NCBI GenBank assembly: GCA_963842815.1
Contig: CAWJHU010000001.1
Coordinates: forward strand, 94,497 to 158,496
DNA from: Candidatus Nomurabacteria bacterium
Lineage (GTDB): Bacteria; Patescibacteriota; Minisyncoccia; Phycocordibacterales; UBA9973
Direction: 5' to 3'
Length of the DNA stretch: 64,000 nucleotides
In this document: piece by piece, positions 45,534 through 56,096 of the stretch
Layout of the letters: every line of letters starts with the position of its first letter
Position numbering within the stretch: position 1 is the stretch's first letter
Notes under the pieces: model-generated
What the model was told of the DNA's origin: nothing
The model's database searches: none
The model's input: only the letters and a program-made list of their open reading frames with translations
Made by a program: the position numbers and the translations under genes

Positions 45534-46247
45534 ATGATTGAAGTAAAAAATATCACAAAAGTATATAAAACGGGCGATGTTGAATTTCAGGCTCTTGCCG
45601 GAGTAAGTTTTGTCATAAAAGACGGAGAGTTTGTGGCCATCATGGGTCCGTCCGGGTCCGGAAAATCAACTTTGATGCATATCCTGGGCGCCCTGGACAG
45701 TCCCACCAGCGGAATATATTTTTTGGACGGAAAAGATGTTTCCACTTTGTCCGACGATGAACTTGCGGACATCCGAAAAGACAAAATCGGTTTCGTGTTT
45801 CAATCATTTAATTTATTGCCCCGAACAACAGTGCTTCGCAACGTAATCCTCCCGCTTGTTTATGATGGTATAGATAAAAATGAAAGAGAAAAAAGGGCAA
45901 AAAAATCATTATTTTTGGCCGGACTTGATGAAGAGCATTTTCACAATCTTTCCAATCAGCTTTCCGGCGGACAGATTCAGCGGGTGGCCATAGCTCGGGC
46001 TCTGGTAAACGAACCATCTCTTATTTTAGCGGACGAACCCACAGGAAATCTTGATTCTAAAACAAGCGAAATTGTTCTGGGCACTTTTCAAAAACTAAAC
46101 AAAGAGCTCGGACGCACCATCGTGCTCATTACCCATGAACAAGACATTGCCGAGCATGCTGACAGAATTCTTTTTATCAAGGACGGCCTTTTGCTTGAAG
46201 ACCGCACCACTCATGTTAAAAGAATAGCCAATCAAAATTTAAAATAA
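45534..46247 (+). CDS. ABC transporter ATP-binding protein (MacB/LolD-like)
   Basis: GPSGSGKST, LSGGQ, LADEPTGNLD. Confidence 0.95.
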   Translation: MIEVKNITKVYKTGDVEFQALAGVSFVIKDGEFVAIMGPSGSGKSTLMHILGALDSPTSGIYFLDGKDVSTLSDDELADIRKDKIGFVFQSFNLLPRTTVLRNVILPLVYDGIDKNEREKRAKKSLFLAGLDEEHFHNLSNQLSGGQIQRVAIARALVNEPSLILADEPTGNLDSKTSEIVLGTFQKLNKELGRTIVLITHEQDIAEHADRILFIKDGLLLEDRTTHVKRIANQNLK

Positions 46248-46251
46248 ATAT

Positions 46252-47475
46252 ATGAAAACTTACGACATTTTACATGAAACATTTTCTTCTTTGACCGCCA
46301 ATAAAGCCAGGTCCGGACTTACCATGCTTGGTATTATTATAGGCATCGCCTCGGTGATTGCCATGACTGCCATCGGCCAAGGGGCGCAAAATTCCATATC
46401 ATCCAGCATTCAATCAATCGGAGCAAATTTGGTTATGGTTATGCCCGGAGCTGCCCGCACTTTTGGCGGACCGAGCGGGGGCCGCGGAGGAGCACAGTCC
46501 CTCACGGTGGAAGATGCCGACGCAATTTCTTCGCAGGTTTCAAACGTGGCCGGAGTGGTACGCGAAGTATCTTCCCGCAAGCAGGTGGTGGCCACCGGAA
46601 CAAATACGAACACAAGCATTATCGGCACAGAACCTTCCTATGAAACGGTTAGAAATGTTTCCATTGACGAAGGAAATTTTATATCGGACCAAAACGTATC
46701 CAATGGAGCGAAGGTGGCCGTGTTGGGGCCGACCACTAGAGATGATTTGTTTGGTGTGGGCGCCACAGGAGTGGTTGGACAAAAAATCCGCATAGCCGGC
46801 ATAGAATACAATGTAATCGGAATAACTTTATCCAAGGGCGGTTCCGGTTTTAGCAACGCCGATGATGTAATTTATATTCCCTACACCACTGCCCAACGAT
46901 ATCTTACCGGAAATAAATATTTAAGCGAGATTGATGTTTCGGCGCAAAGTTCCGATGTCTCGGCACAGGTACAAGCTGACATAACCACATTGCTGACCCA
47001 GAGGCATAATATTACGGACCCGACAAAAGTTGATTTTAATACGCTCAATCAAGCCGATATCATAGCAACCGCTTCAAGTGTTACCAGCACTTTCACCACG
47101 TTGCTTGCCGCCGTAGCCGGCATTTCCCTTCTGGTGGGCGGAATCGGCATTATGAATATGATGCTTACCACCGTTACCGAACGCACCAGGGAAATAGGTT
47201 TGCGAAAAGCCATCGGCGCAAAAAAACGCGACATTAACACACAATTTTTGACGGAAGCGATTCTGCTTACTTTTACCGGAGGATTTATCGGAGTAGTTCT
47301 GGGATGGCTCATATCATTCGGCGTGGGATATTTTAATATTCTACAGGCTTCTGTTTCTCTGTCTTCTATTATTCTTGCTTTCGGAGTATCAGCCCTTATC
47401 GGTATTATTTTCGGTTATTATCCTGCCCGTCGAGCAGCCAACTTAAATCCGATAGATGCTTTGAGATACGAATAG
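46252..47475 (+). CDS. MacB-like ABC permease
   Basis: RSGLTMLGIIIG, VGGIGIMNMM..ERTREIGLRKAIGA, PIDALRYE. Confidence 0.95.
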   Translation: MKTYDILHETFSSLTANKARSGLTMLGIIIGIASVIAMTAIGQGAQNSISSSIQSIGANLVMVMPGAARTFGGPSGGRGGAQSLTVEDADAISSQVSNVAGVVREVSSRKQVVATGTNTNTSIIGTEPSYETVRNVSIDEGNFISDQNVSNGAKVAVLGPTTRDDLFGVGATGVVGQKIRIAGIEYNVIGITLSKGGSGFSNADDVIYIPYTTAQRYLTGNKYLSEIDVSAQSSDVSAQVQADITTLLTQRHNITDPTKVDFNTLNQADIIATASSVTSTFTTLLAAVAGISLLVGGIGIMNMMLTTVTERTREIGLRKAIGAKKRDINTQFLTEAILLTFTGGFIGVVLGWLISFGVGYFNILQASVSLSSIILAFGVSALIGIIFGYYPARRAANLNPIDALRYE

Positions 47476-47521
47476 CTGAATGCCGAGAAAAAATTTATTA
47501 TTAATTAACAAAAATAAAATT

Positions 47522-47965
47522 ATGAGTAAAAATAAAAAAATTGTTTTCATAGTGGTGGGTATTATAGTTCTAGTGGGAGTGTTTTTTATAGGTATGTCTT
47601 TCGGGAAAAGCCAAACAACAGCCGGCGGAGCAAATCGAACCGGCCAATTTAGCGGAATGAACAGAAATAACAGAACAGCCGGCGGAGGATTTGTCTCCGG
47701 GCAAATTATTTCCAAGGATGCCAACAGCATCACCGTGCAAATTATGAACGGAGACCCGACTGCAACCAATACTTCAACCGGGTCAAAAATTATTTTCCTT
47801 GATACGAGTACGGCGATTTCAAAAATGGCTACCGGGTCCTTGAACGACTTGGCAACCGGCACAGAAGTTTCAGTTACCGGCACCACAAATGCCGATGGAA
47901 GTATCACTGCAAAATCCATTCAGATAAGACCTCAAATAAAACCGGGTATGCCAGCTCAGCAATAA
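47522..47965 (+). CDS. single-TM DUF5666-like protein
   Basis: SGQIISKDANSITV..GSKII..DL..G..V.V.G..NADGSITAKSIQI. Confidence 0.75.
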   Translation: MSKNKKIVFIVVGIIVLVGVFFIGMSFGKSQTTAGGANRTGQFSGMNRNNRTAGGGFVSGQIISKDANSITVQIMNGDPTATNTSTGSKIIFLDTSTAISKMATGSLNDLATGTEVSVTGTTNADGSITAKSIQIRPQIKPGMPAQQ

Positions 47966-47993
47966 AAATTAGAGTTAAAAAGTTGTTTTTTCT

Positions 47994-48039
47994 AAAAAGT
48001 CAGCCCCGCCAGCTAAAAAACGGCGGGGTTGACTTTTTT
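47994..48039 (+). terminator. intrinsic terminator
   Basis: aaaaagtcagccccgcc...ggcggggttgactttttt. Confidence 0.75.
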
Positions 48040-48106
48040 GCACGAAATGATATACTGATAGCAGAAAATTATTAATTCTTGTTCATCAAAATGAAAGGGT
48101 TGGTAT

Positions 48107-48853
48107 ATGAAAAATGTCTTTGTTTTGTTGATGTTTTTGGGGATAACACAGTGTTTGTGTTTCACCCAAGAAGAAATAAGGAAACAAAATATGTGGGTGA
48201 CCAAAGATTCTTGTGTTAACGCATATGGATCAAATGCGTATATTTTTTATCAATCAAAAGATTTCCGCAACAAAAGGAAAAACCCCGCAAACGGGAAAGA
48301 TCGAGTGGTAGCTCCCACCACTGAAAATTATGGATTCGAAATGATAACAACCAGCGGTCGCCGGTTTGTAATACTTGAAGCCGGAACTATGTTGCGTTGG
48401 CAAAAACAAAAGGATAATACTTTTATGCCTTATGCAAAAGATGATTGTGGAAACAAAATTTTTTCATATTTTTCACTGACAAATAAGCCGGGGGAAATGG
48501 TAAAAAAAGAAGTTCCTGCAAAAAAATCAAGTGCTCCCCTATTTTCCCATTTTCGGATTCCTGAATCAAAAAATTTTCATAGGGAAAATTTTCACCGAAA
48601 GGAAATAGCTGAGATTAAATCTTTTTCCCCCACCCCGTATATTATTGGAGGGTTGATTGTTGGCGGGATAGTCTATGCTGTTTTAAGTAGTCGTCATCAC
48701 AACAATAACGACTATCAAAATTATTATTCGCCAACTCCACAAGGCCCTGGAGTTATTACTGGGCCAGCAGGCCCCGGAGTAAATACTGGGAGTGCAACAA
48801 AAATATCTCCCAGACCCATCCCCATTTCGGTGGGGATTAGAATAGGTTTTTAA
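48107..48853 (+). CDS. hypothetical exported/membrane protein
   Basis: Signal-like N-terminus, C-terminal TM and Pro/Gly tail. Confidence 0.6.
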   Translation: MKNVFVLLMFLGITQCLCFTQEEIRKQNMWVTKDSCVNAYGSNAYIFYQSKDFRNKRKNPANGKDRVVAPTTENYGFEMITTSGRRFVILEAGTMLRWQKQKDNTFMPYAKDDCGNKIFSYFSLTNKPGEMVKKEVPAKKSSAPLFSHFRIPESKNFHRENFHRKEIAEIKSFSPTPYIIGGLIVGGIVYAVLSSRHHNNNDYQNYYSPTPQGPGVITGPAGPGVNTGSATKISPRPIPISVGIRIGF

Positions 48854-49008
48854 TTTTTAGAGAAGAGTATAGAAAGAAATTTTTAACTCTTCTCTACTCT
48901 TCAAAGCTATGAATACAAAAAATAAGCGCTTGTATCCATATTTTTGAAGAGTAAAAGTTATTTTTACTTTTAATTTTAAAAAATTTTAACAATTTATAAG
49001 AAAAAATT

Positions 49009-52000
49009 ATGAGCACAAAAACAAAATTATTTATAGTCAGTTTGATAACCCTTTGGGGAATTTTTGCCAGCGGGAGCCTGGCTCTTGCCCAAACCGTTGT
49101 TCCAACCTGCAACAGCGCCACAATTTATGGAACGGTCACAACAAATGGCAATCCGACCGACGCTTGGTTTGAATGGGGTCCTACCCAGTCTCTTGGCAAT
49201 TCAACAGCGCACCAAACTTTTTATTCGGATTCAAATTTTAGCCAATCAATTTCCGGCCTTGCCCAAAATACTACCTACTATTACAGAGCAATGGCTTCAA
49301 ATGTTTATGGAACTGCCGTTGGCACTATAAAATATTTCACAACATCTACGTGTTCCGTTACCCCCATAACCAATCCAACCGCTAGTTTAACCGCCGATAA
49401 TACAAATTTGACTTACAACGGTTCCACTTATTTGCATTGGTCATCCACCAACGCTACTTCCTGTGTAGGAACAGGTTTCAATACCAACAACACTACTTCC
49501 GGAAACTATTACACAGGGGCTTTAACCAACACCACAACCTACGGTATCACCTGTTATGGCGGAACCAGTACAACTCCTGCCTATTCTTCGGTAACGGTCA
49601 TCGTAAACCAACCTGTTGTAAATCCTCCAACTGTCACTTTAACAGCGGACAATCAGAATGTTCCCTATGATGGTTCAACATATATTCACTGGACACCTAC
49701 CAATGCCACTTCCTGCACCGGAAGCGGTGGAGCAAATGGATGGTCGGGAACAAAAAGTATTACCGGTGGAAGTTTTTATACCGGCGCTTTAACTTATACG
49801 GCAACCTACAATATCAATTGTACAAACAGCGCCGGGCAAGCAAATGCTTCGGTAACGGTAAATGTGCCCAGCCAATCCATAATGTCCGGAACTCTTGCCT
49901 TAAATCCATCTTCTTGCATCATTCAATCCGGAAGCGGAACTTGTAGCTCAATTCTTTCCTGGAGCACTACTAATCCGCAGGGAACTTCTGTTGTTACTTC
50001 TTCTTATCCCAGCAGCAACACACCCGTTGCCACGGGAAATTCGGGTAGCCAGTCGGTAGCTATTCCATATAGTTCCAGGTCATTTTATCTTTACAATAAT
50101 AATATTCTTCTTGACCAAAAAACGGCGACATCCAGCTGCGCCTCCAATACTTCTTGGAATGGCAGTATCTGCGCGCCTTCCACTTCGCAAAATCCAACCG
50201 TCAGTTTGACGGCGGACAATCAAAATGTTTCCTATGGCGGTTCAACTTATCTTCATTGGTCATCTGCCAATACTACTTCCTGCGTGGGAACAAATTTTAA
50301 TACCAACAGCGCCACTTCCGGAAGTTATTACACCGGCGCTTTAACTAACACAACTACCTATAGTATTATTTGTTACAACACAAATGCTATTGGCAATCCT
50401 TCCATCAGCGACTCGGTAACCATCACGGTAGGAGGCCAGCCCGTTTCAAATCCAACCGTCAGTTTGACGGCGGATAATCAAAATGTTTCCTATAATAGCG
50501 CCACATATCTTCGTTGGTCATCCACTAATGCGACATCCTGTGTTTCAAACGGCGGAAATTGGAACGGCAATCAGGCTTTGTCCGGAAATTTTTACACCGG
50601 AATTTTACTTAACACCACAACCTACAACATAACCTGCACGAACGGCAATGGTTCAGCCACCGCTTCCACAACAGTTACAGTTGACAATCAACCTTCTTCA
50701 AATCCAACGGTCACTTTAACGGCAATCAATCAAAATGTTTCCTACAATGGTTCAACATATATTCATTGGACATCCACCAGCGCAACTTCCTGCGTAGGGA
50801 CAGGATTCAACACAAGCGGAGCAATTTCCGGAAGTTATTATACCGGCGCCCTAACCAACACTATGAATTACGGCATTATTTGTTACGGAGCCAATGGCAC
50901 TTCAGCCAACGCTTCCACAACCGTCGTTGTTGGGAATCAGCCATACGGAAACATAAATATCACCACAAATGGAGCCACCAATGTGGGCACCAGCTATGCA
51001 ACTCTTAATGGTTTTGTCAGTTCCAATGGCACCATTAGTGTAAATGCCTGGTTTGAATGGGGAACGAGTTCATCCTTCGGCAATCAAACAAATCAAATAA
51101 ATTATGGCATGACCAGCGGCACCAGTTACAACTATTATTTAAGCGGCCTCATGCAAAATACAACTTACTATTATCGAGCGGTGGCCCAGGGCAATGACGG
51201 TCAAATCGCTTACGGCAATTCAATGTCTTTTACAACCACAAATGATTACAGCGGATGTACTTACAATTGTTATTCGGGTCAGCCCATGGTGACCACCTAT
51301 TCCGCTACCACAACCAGCACCACCAGCGCTATTTTGAATGGCTTCGTTGACCCAAACGGTTCTTCCGCCACAAGGTGGTTTGAGTGGGGCAATTCTTACA
51401 GTTATTTATACACTTCAACAAATAAAACATATCAGGGGTCCTATGCAAGCAACTTCAGTGAATCAATATACAATCTTGTACCCAATACCATTTATTATTA
51501 TCGGGCAGCGGCTCAGGGCAGTAATGGAGTAATTATTTATGGCAACACTTTGACTTTTACCACTTCTTATTCCGGCGGTATATATAACTATAACAATGTC
51601 TGCGATTCCTACGGCGGCGGTTATTACGGTTATGGTACCTGTACTCCGACAGCTACCACCACTCTTGCCACAAATATTGGACAATCCAGCGCCAGATTGG
51701 GCGGCCTCGGCTTGGTAAACGGTAATATTTACACTTCCGGATATTTTGAGTACGGAACATCTCAGGCGTTTGGAAGCACAACCACCACCATGAGCATAGG
51801 TACTGCTTCATCCAATCCATTTTTCGCAGATGTATATAATCTCGCATCCGGCACCACCTATTATTACCGAGCAGTAGTTACGAATCAATATGGAAGTTCC
51901 TACGGAGATACTTTGAATTTCACCACTCTCAGTCCGACTTATGTTAATTCAAATCCGGGACCTGTTTATACAAAGACAACGGTCGTTACGAATACGAGTA

Positions 52001-52584
52001 CTGCCGGTACCGCGGTAAATTCAAAATCATCTTTGGCGCTACTTTCTGTCAGCCGGGATGGTGAAAATATAACCAAAGGAGACACCGTTGAATATGTAAT
52101 TAATTATAAAAATGTTTCCTCAAAAAATCTTAAAAATGTTGTTCTGCAGGTTGCTATTCCCAAAGAACTGGAATTCGTAGAAACAAACAGGGGTTATTTT
52201 TCCACGGACAACGGCACGGTGATAGCCAATATCGGCGGTCTTAATTCCCAAGAAGAAGGAAGTGTAAGCATTAGAATAAAAGTAACAACCGATGCCCAAA
52301 CAGGAAAGATTGTTGTGATCACAGCGAATCTGGCCTACACAAGAACCGACAATAATACCCAGGAAGAAGTTTTCGCCTATGCTAAAAATACCGTTCAGGA
52401 TTCGGGAGCAGTTCAACAGGGAGCCTTGGCTTTCTTGTTCGGAAACGGTTTCTTGCCAACAACTCTGATTGGCTGGCTTCTGCTTATTTTATTGCTTACT
52501 TTGGTTGTTCTCGCCGTAAAAAAAGCATACTCTGAAGCCAACTTTGTTTTAGCTCCCAAAAGTTCAACAAAGAGCCATAGCTAA
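49009..52584 (+). CDS. large Ser/Thr-rich surface protein with FN3/Ig-like repeats and DUF11-like domain
   Basis: Five NPTVSLTADNQNV..WSSTNATSC repeats, four (W/Y)FE(W/Y)G..TTYYYRA repeats, C-terminal TM. Confidence 0.85.
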   Translation: MSTKTKLFIVSLITLWGIFASGSLALAQTVVPTCNSATIYGTVTTNGNPTDAWFEWGPTQSLGNSTAHQTFYSDSNFSQSISGLAQNTTYYYRAMASNVYGTAVGTIKYFTTSTCSVTPITNPTASLTADNTNLTYNGSTYLHWSSTNATSCVGTGFNTNNTTSGNYYTGALTNTTTYGITCYGGTSTTPAYSSVTVIVNQPVVNPPTVTLTADNQNVPYDGSTYIHWTPTNATSCTGSGGANGWSGTKSITGGSFYTGALTYTATYNINCTNSAGQANASVTVNVPSQSIMSGTLALNPSSCIIQSGSGTCSSILSWSTTNPQGTSVVTSSYPSSNTPVATGNSGSQSVAIPYSSRSFYLYNNNILLDQKTATSSCASNTSWNGSICAPSTSQNPTVSLTADNQNVSYGGSTYLHWSSANTTSCVGTNFNTNSATSGSYYTGALTNTTTYSIICYNTNAIGNPSISDSVTITVGGQPVSNPTVSLTADNQNVSYNSATYLRWSSTNATSCVSNGGNWNGNQALSGNFYTGILLNTTTYNITCTNGNGSATASTTVTVDNQPSSNPTVTLTAINQNVSYNGSTYIHWTSTSATSCVGTGFNTSGAISGSYYTGALTNTMNYGIICYGANGTSANASTTVVVGNQPYGNINITTNGATNVGTSYATLNGFVSSNGTISVNAWFEWGTSSSFGNQTNQINYGMTSGTSYNYYLSGLMQNTTYYYRAVAQGNDGQIAYGNSMSFTTTNDYSGCTYNCYSGQPMVTTYSATTTSTTSAILNGFVDPNGSSATRWFEWGNSYSYLYTSTNKTYQGSYASNFSESIYNLVPNTIYYYRAAAQGSNGVIIYGNTLTFTTSYSGGIYNYNNVCDSYGGGYYGYGTCTPTATTTLATNIGQSSARLGGLGLVNGNIYTSGYFEYGTSQAFGSTTTTMSIGTASSNPFFADVYNLASGTTYYYRAVVTNQYGSSYGDTLNFTTLSPTYVNSNPGPVYTKTTVVTNTSTAGTAVNSKSSLALLSVSRDGENITKGDTVEYVINYKNVSSKNLKNVVLQVAIPKELEFVETNRGYFSTDNGTVIANIGGLNSQEEGSVSIRIKVTTDAQTGKIVVITANLAYTRTDNNTQEEVFAYAKNTVQDSGAVQQGALAFLFGNGFLPTTLIGWLLLILLLTLVVLAVKKAYSEANFVLAPKSSTKSHS

Positions 52585-53237
52585 TGGAAAATCTATATCC
52601 GATGAGGATAAATAAATACCTAGCTCTTAAAAAAATCTCCACCAGGAGAGGGGCAGATGAATTGGTAGAAAAAAAGAAAGTTTTTATCAATGGCAAATTG
52701 GCAATTCTCGGCAGCAAAGTGAAGGAAAATGACGTGGTAGAAATAAAAGGAGCGGAAAAGAAAAAATATATTTATTTCGCTTACAATAAACCCATAGGAA
52801 TTGAAACCGGCTCTCCCAGAGAAGGATTGTTCCCTCTGGGAAGATTGGATAAGGCTTCCCATGGACTCATGATTTTAACCAACGATGGACGTATTACGGA
52901 CCAATTGTTAAATCCAAAATATTTTCATGAAAAAGAATATGTGGTTAAAACTCTGAATAAATTACGTTCAAATTTCAAACAAAAAATGGAAGCCGGAGTA
53001 AATATTGAAGGCTACCTGACAAAAAAATGCAAGATAAAAATCCTGGATGATTTTACTTTCAGAATAGTGTTAACCGAAGGTAAAAAACACCAAATCCGCA
53101 GAATGTGTTCAAATTTATTCCAAGAAGTGGCTGATTTAAAACGGGAAAGAATTATGAATATAAAATTGGGTAATTTGAAGCCCGGTGCTTTGCGAGAAAT
53201 AAAAGGCGATGAATTGGCCACCTTGTTGACAAATTGA
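52584..53237 (+). CDS. RsuA-family (RluF/RluB-like) pseudouridine synthase
   Basis: S4 domain RINKYL..RRGAD; GRLDKASHG; EGKKHQIRRM. Confidence 0.93.
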   Translation: MENLYPMRINKYLALKKISTRRGADELVEKKKVFINGKLAILGSKVKENDVVEIKGAEKKKYIYFAYNKPIGIETGSPREGLFPLGRLDKASHGLMILTNDGRITDQLLNPKYFHEKEYVVKTLNKLRSNFKQKMEAGVNIEGYLTKKCKIKILDDFTFRIVLTEGKKHQIRRMCSNLFQEVADLKRERIMNIKLGNLKPGALREIKGDELATLLTN

Positions 53238-53333
53238 TTACAATATACTATACTTATAGGACAAAGTAGGTGCGAAAAGAGTCGATTTCTAAAGCAATCT
53301 TAATTTGTATTTAACAACTTAATTAAAAAATCA

Positions 53334-53531
53334 ATGACTGGTACAATAAAAAGACTCACTGATAAAGGTTTCGGTTTCATCACCGGAGAAGGCCTACAGA
53401 AAGATTTATTCTTTCATAGTAATTCTCTCGTCGGCGTAAGCTTTGACGAATTGCATGAAGGCGATGCTGTTTCTTTTGAAACAGAGCAATCCCCAAAAGG
53501 ATTGAATGCGGTAAACGTTCAGCGCGCATAA
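53334..53531 (+). CDS. cold-shock protein
   Basis: KGFGFI, DLFFH, KGLNAVNV. Confidence 0.97.
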   Translation: MTGTIKRLTDKGFGFITGEGLQKDLFFHSNSLVGVSFDELHEGDAVSFETEQSPKGLNAVNVQRA

Positions 53532-53544
53532 TAACCTTTCCATT

Positions 53545-53572
53545 AAAAAAGCCCCCGCTTGGGGGCTTTTTT
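53545..53572 (+). terminator. intrinsic terminator
   Basis: aaaaaagcccc-cgctt-ggggctttttt. Confidence 0.8.
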
Positions 53573-53594
53573 AATTTTATGATATAATTCTCCC

Positions 53595-54399
53595 GTGTCT
53601 AATATTATTGAGGTAAAAAATTTAAAAAAGCATTTGATGATTTTGTCGCCGTGGATAATATTTCCTTTGAAGTCAAAACAGGGGAAATTTTTGCTTTTTT
53701 GGGGCCAAATGGCGCCGGGAAATCCACCACCATAAAAATGCTGACTACTCTGCTTCATCCGACTTCCGGCGACATACAATTAAATGGCAATAATCCTGTA
53801 AACAATCCTAACGCGGTGCGCCATTCATTCGGCATTGTTTTTCAGGATCCGAGTTTGGATGATGAATTGACCGCTTGGGAAAATTTGGAATTTCACGGAG
53901 TGCTTTACAACATACCCAAGGCCATGCGCCGAAAGCGAATTGAAGAATTGATGAATTTTGTGGAATTGTGGGATAGAAAAGACAATTTGGTTAAAGAATT
54001 TTCCGGCGGAATGAAACGCCGTTTGGAAATAGCCCGCGGTCTTTTGCATCACCCAAAAATTTTGTTCTTGGATGAACCGACCCTAGGGATTGGACCCGCA
54101 AACCAGAAACCATATGTGGACATATTTGGAAGAACTGAATAAAAGCGAAGGCATAACGGTTTTTTTTACCACTCATTATATGGAAGAAGCCAGCCGTATT
54201 GCGCAACGTATTGCCATTATTGACCACGGAAAAATTATTGCCACCGGAACTTCCAGATGAACTTCAAGCTAAAACGGGGACCGCTTCCCTGGAAGAAGCA
54301 TTTTTAAAATTTACCGGCAATGTCATCCGCGACGAAGGGGCCAGTTCCACCGACCGTCTCCGGGCGCACAGGCATTGGCGGGGCGGAGGAAGAAGATAA
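53595..54399 (+). pseudogene. DrrA-like ABC ATP-binding protein, about 3 frameshifts
   Basis: GPNGAGKST, FSGGM, LDEPT; continuation LDPQTR..TTHYMEEA and tail ASLEEAF are in other frames. Confidence 0.85.
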
Positions 54400-54421
54400 T
54401 AAATAATAATTTAAAATTTTT

Positions 54422-55168
54422 ATGAAAACTATTTACATCATGTGGCTTCGGGAAATCAAACGCTATCTGCGTTCCAAATCCAGAATTATCGGTTCGCTGG
54501 GCCAGCCGCTTCTTTTTTTGCTGGCCTTGGGTTATGGATTGGGGTCGGTATTCCAAAAAGCCGGCCAAGGAAATTACATTGATTTTTTAGCTCCGGGTAT
54601 CGTCGGTATGAGTATTATTTTTACTTCTATTTTTTCCGGTATTCAGGTTATTTAGGACCGCCAGTTCGGATTTTTAAAAGAAACCATGGTTGCCCCGGTA
54701 TCGCGTTTTAACATTATGATCGGCAGAACTTTAGGCGGAGCAACCGTGGCTACCATTCAAGGAATCATAGTTTTATTGCTGGCTTTAATCCCCGGCTTTC
54801 GCCCCCAAAATTGGTTTATGATTTTCCCTTTAATTTTGGTAATGCTTTTGGTTGGGACAATGTTCACGGCTCTGGGCACAGCCATCGCATCCCAGCTTGA
54901 AGATATGCAAGGCTTCCAATTGATTATGAACTTTTTAGTCATGCCATTATTCTTTTTATCCGGCGCGATATTTCCTCTCTCGGGACTTCCGCCGGTTTTG
55001 ATTACCATTACAAAATTTGATCCATTGTCCTATGGCATAGATGCGTTTAGAGTTATCTTGTCCAATTCCGGACACTACAGTTTGACCTTGGACATATCCA
55101 TCTTGGCAGTAATTACTTTAGTATTTTTATCTATCGGAAGTTATTTGTTCTCCAAAGTACAAATATAA
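54422..55168 (+). pseudogene. ABC-2 permease with internal TAG
   Basis: IQVI*DRQFGFLKE at 54653-54655 where Trp is expected; both halves in the same frame. Confidence 0.85.
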
Positions 55169-55192
55169 AACGGACGCCAAGCGTCCGTTTTT

Positions 55193-55444
55193 TTATTTAA
55201 CTAGTCTTGCTAAACGGGATTTCTTGCGGGCAGCATTGTTTTTCTTAATAACGCCATTCTTGGCTGCTTTATCTATAATAGCAAAAGCGGGACTCAATAA
55301 TTTAACTGCCTTTCCCTTATCCGTTTTGGCGGTTTTTTCAATCTTTTTGATTACATCTTTCATGGCATGCTTTTGGCGGTCATTAAAGGCTTTCTTTCGC
55401 AGAGAACCGCGAATTGCTTTTTTAGCTGATTTTATTATAGGCAT
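55193..55444 (-). CDS. rpsT: 30S ribosomal protein S20
   Basis: MPIIKSAKK, IDKAAKNGVIKKNNAARKKSRL. Confidence 0.97.
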   Translation of the reverse strand: MPIIKSAKKAIRGSLRKKAFNDRQKHAMKDVIKKIEKTAKTDKGKAVKLLSPAFAIIDKAAKNGVIKKNNAARKKSRLARLVK

Positions 55445-55527
55445 CTATGTAATCTAACAGAAAATTTTATAAAATGCAAATTAAATTCGGATGAAACTCT
55501 AACTTTTTTATATGCTATAATTAGACT

Positions 55528-56094
55528 ATGATTGGAAGTATAAAGGGAAAAATAATTCTAAAAACCGACAAGTTTTTGATAGTGGAAACGGGCGGGGTGG
55601 GCTATAAAATAAGCGTATCGCCGGACACATTATCTAAATTAAAGAAAACAAACGAGGAAGTTTTTCTGTGGATCCATACCCATGTGCGCGAAGATATATT
55701 AGATCTTTATGGATTTCTGGACCGCCAAGAGTTGGACTTTTTTGAAATGCTCATAAATGTTTCAGGCATTGGGCCTAAAGGAGCCCTTAGTATTTTAGGT
55801 GTTGCTTCCATTGAAACACTAAAAAAGGCCATCGGCACCGGGGACACGGCCTATCTTACGAAAATTTCCGGTATTGGCAGAAAAACTGCTGAAAAAATAG
55901 TGATTGAACTTAGAGATAAAATGGGTGAAGAAAAAACCGGCTCTTCCCTGCAGGGAGAATTGGATGCTTTGGAAGCATTGAAGTCTCTCGGCTATTCTCA
56001 AAATGAAGCCCGCGAAGCCTTGAAGAAAGTTTCTCCCGAGGCAAATACAAATATCAAAATCCGCGAAGCGCTAAAAATATTATCTAGTAAATAA
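55528..56094 (+). CDS. ruvA: Holliday junction branch migration protein RuvA
   Basis: GVGY, LYGF, VSGIGPK, GIGRKTAEKIVIEL, ALKSLGY. Confidence 0.97.
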   Translation: MIGSIKGKIILKTDKFLIVETGGVGYKISVSPDTLSKLKKTNEEVFLWIHTHVREDILDLYGFLDRQELDFFEMLINVSGIGPKGALSILGVASIETLKKAIGTGDTAYLTKISGIGRKTAEKIVIELRDKMGEEKTGSSLQGELDALEALKSLGYSQNEAREALKKVSPEANTNIKIREALKILSSK

Positions 56095-56096
56095 TC

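Noticed and set aside
54653-54655. TAG readthrough or alternative genetic code
   Set aside because: TAG and TGA end many normal genes here; neighbouring frameshifts indicate a lesion or error
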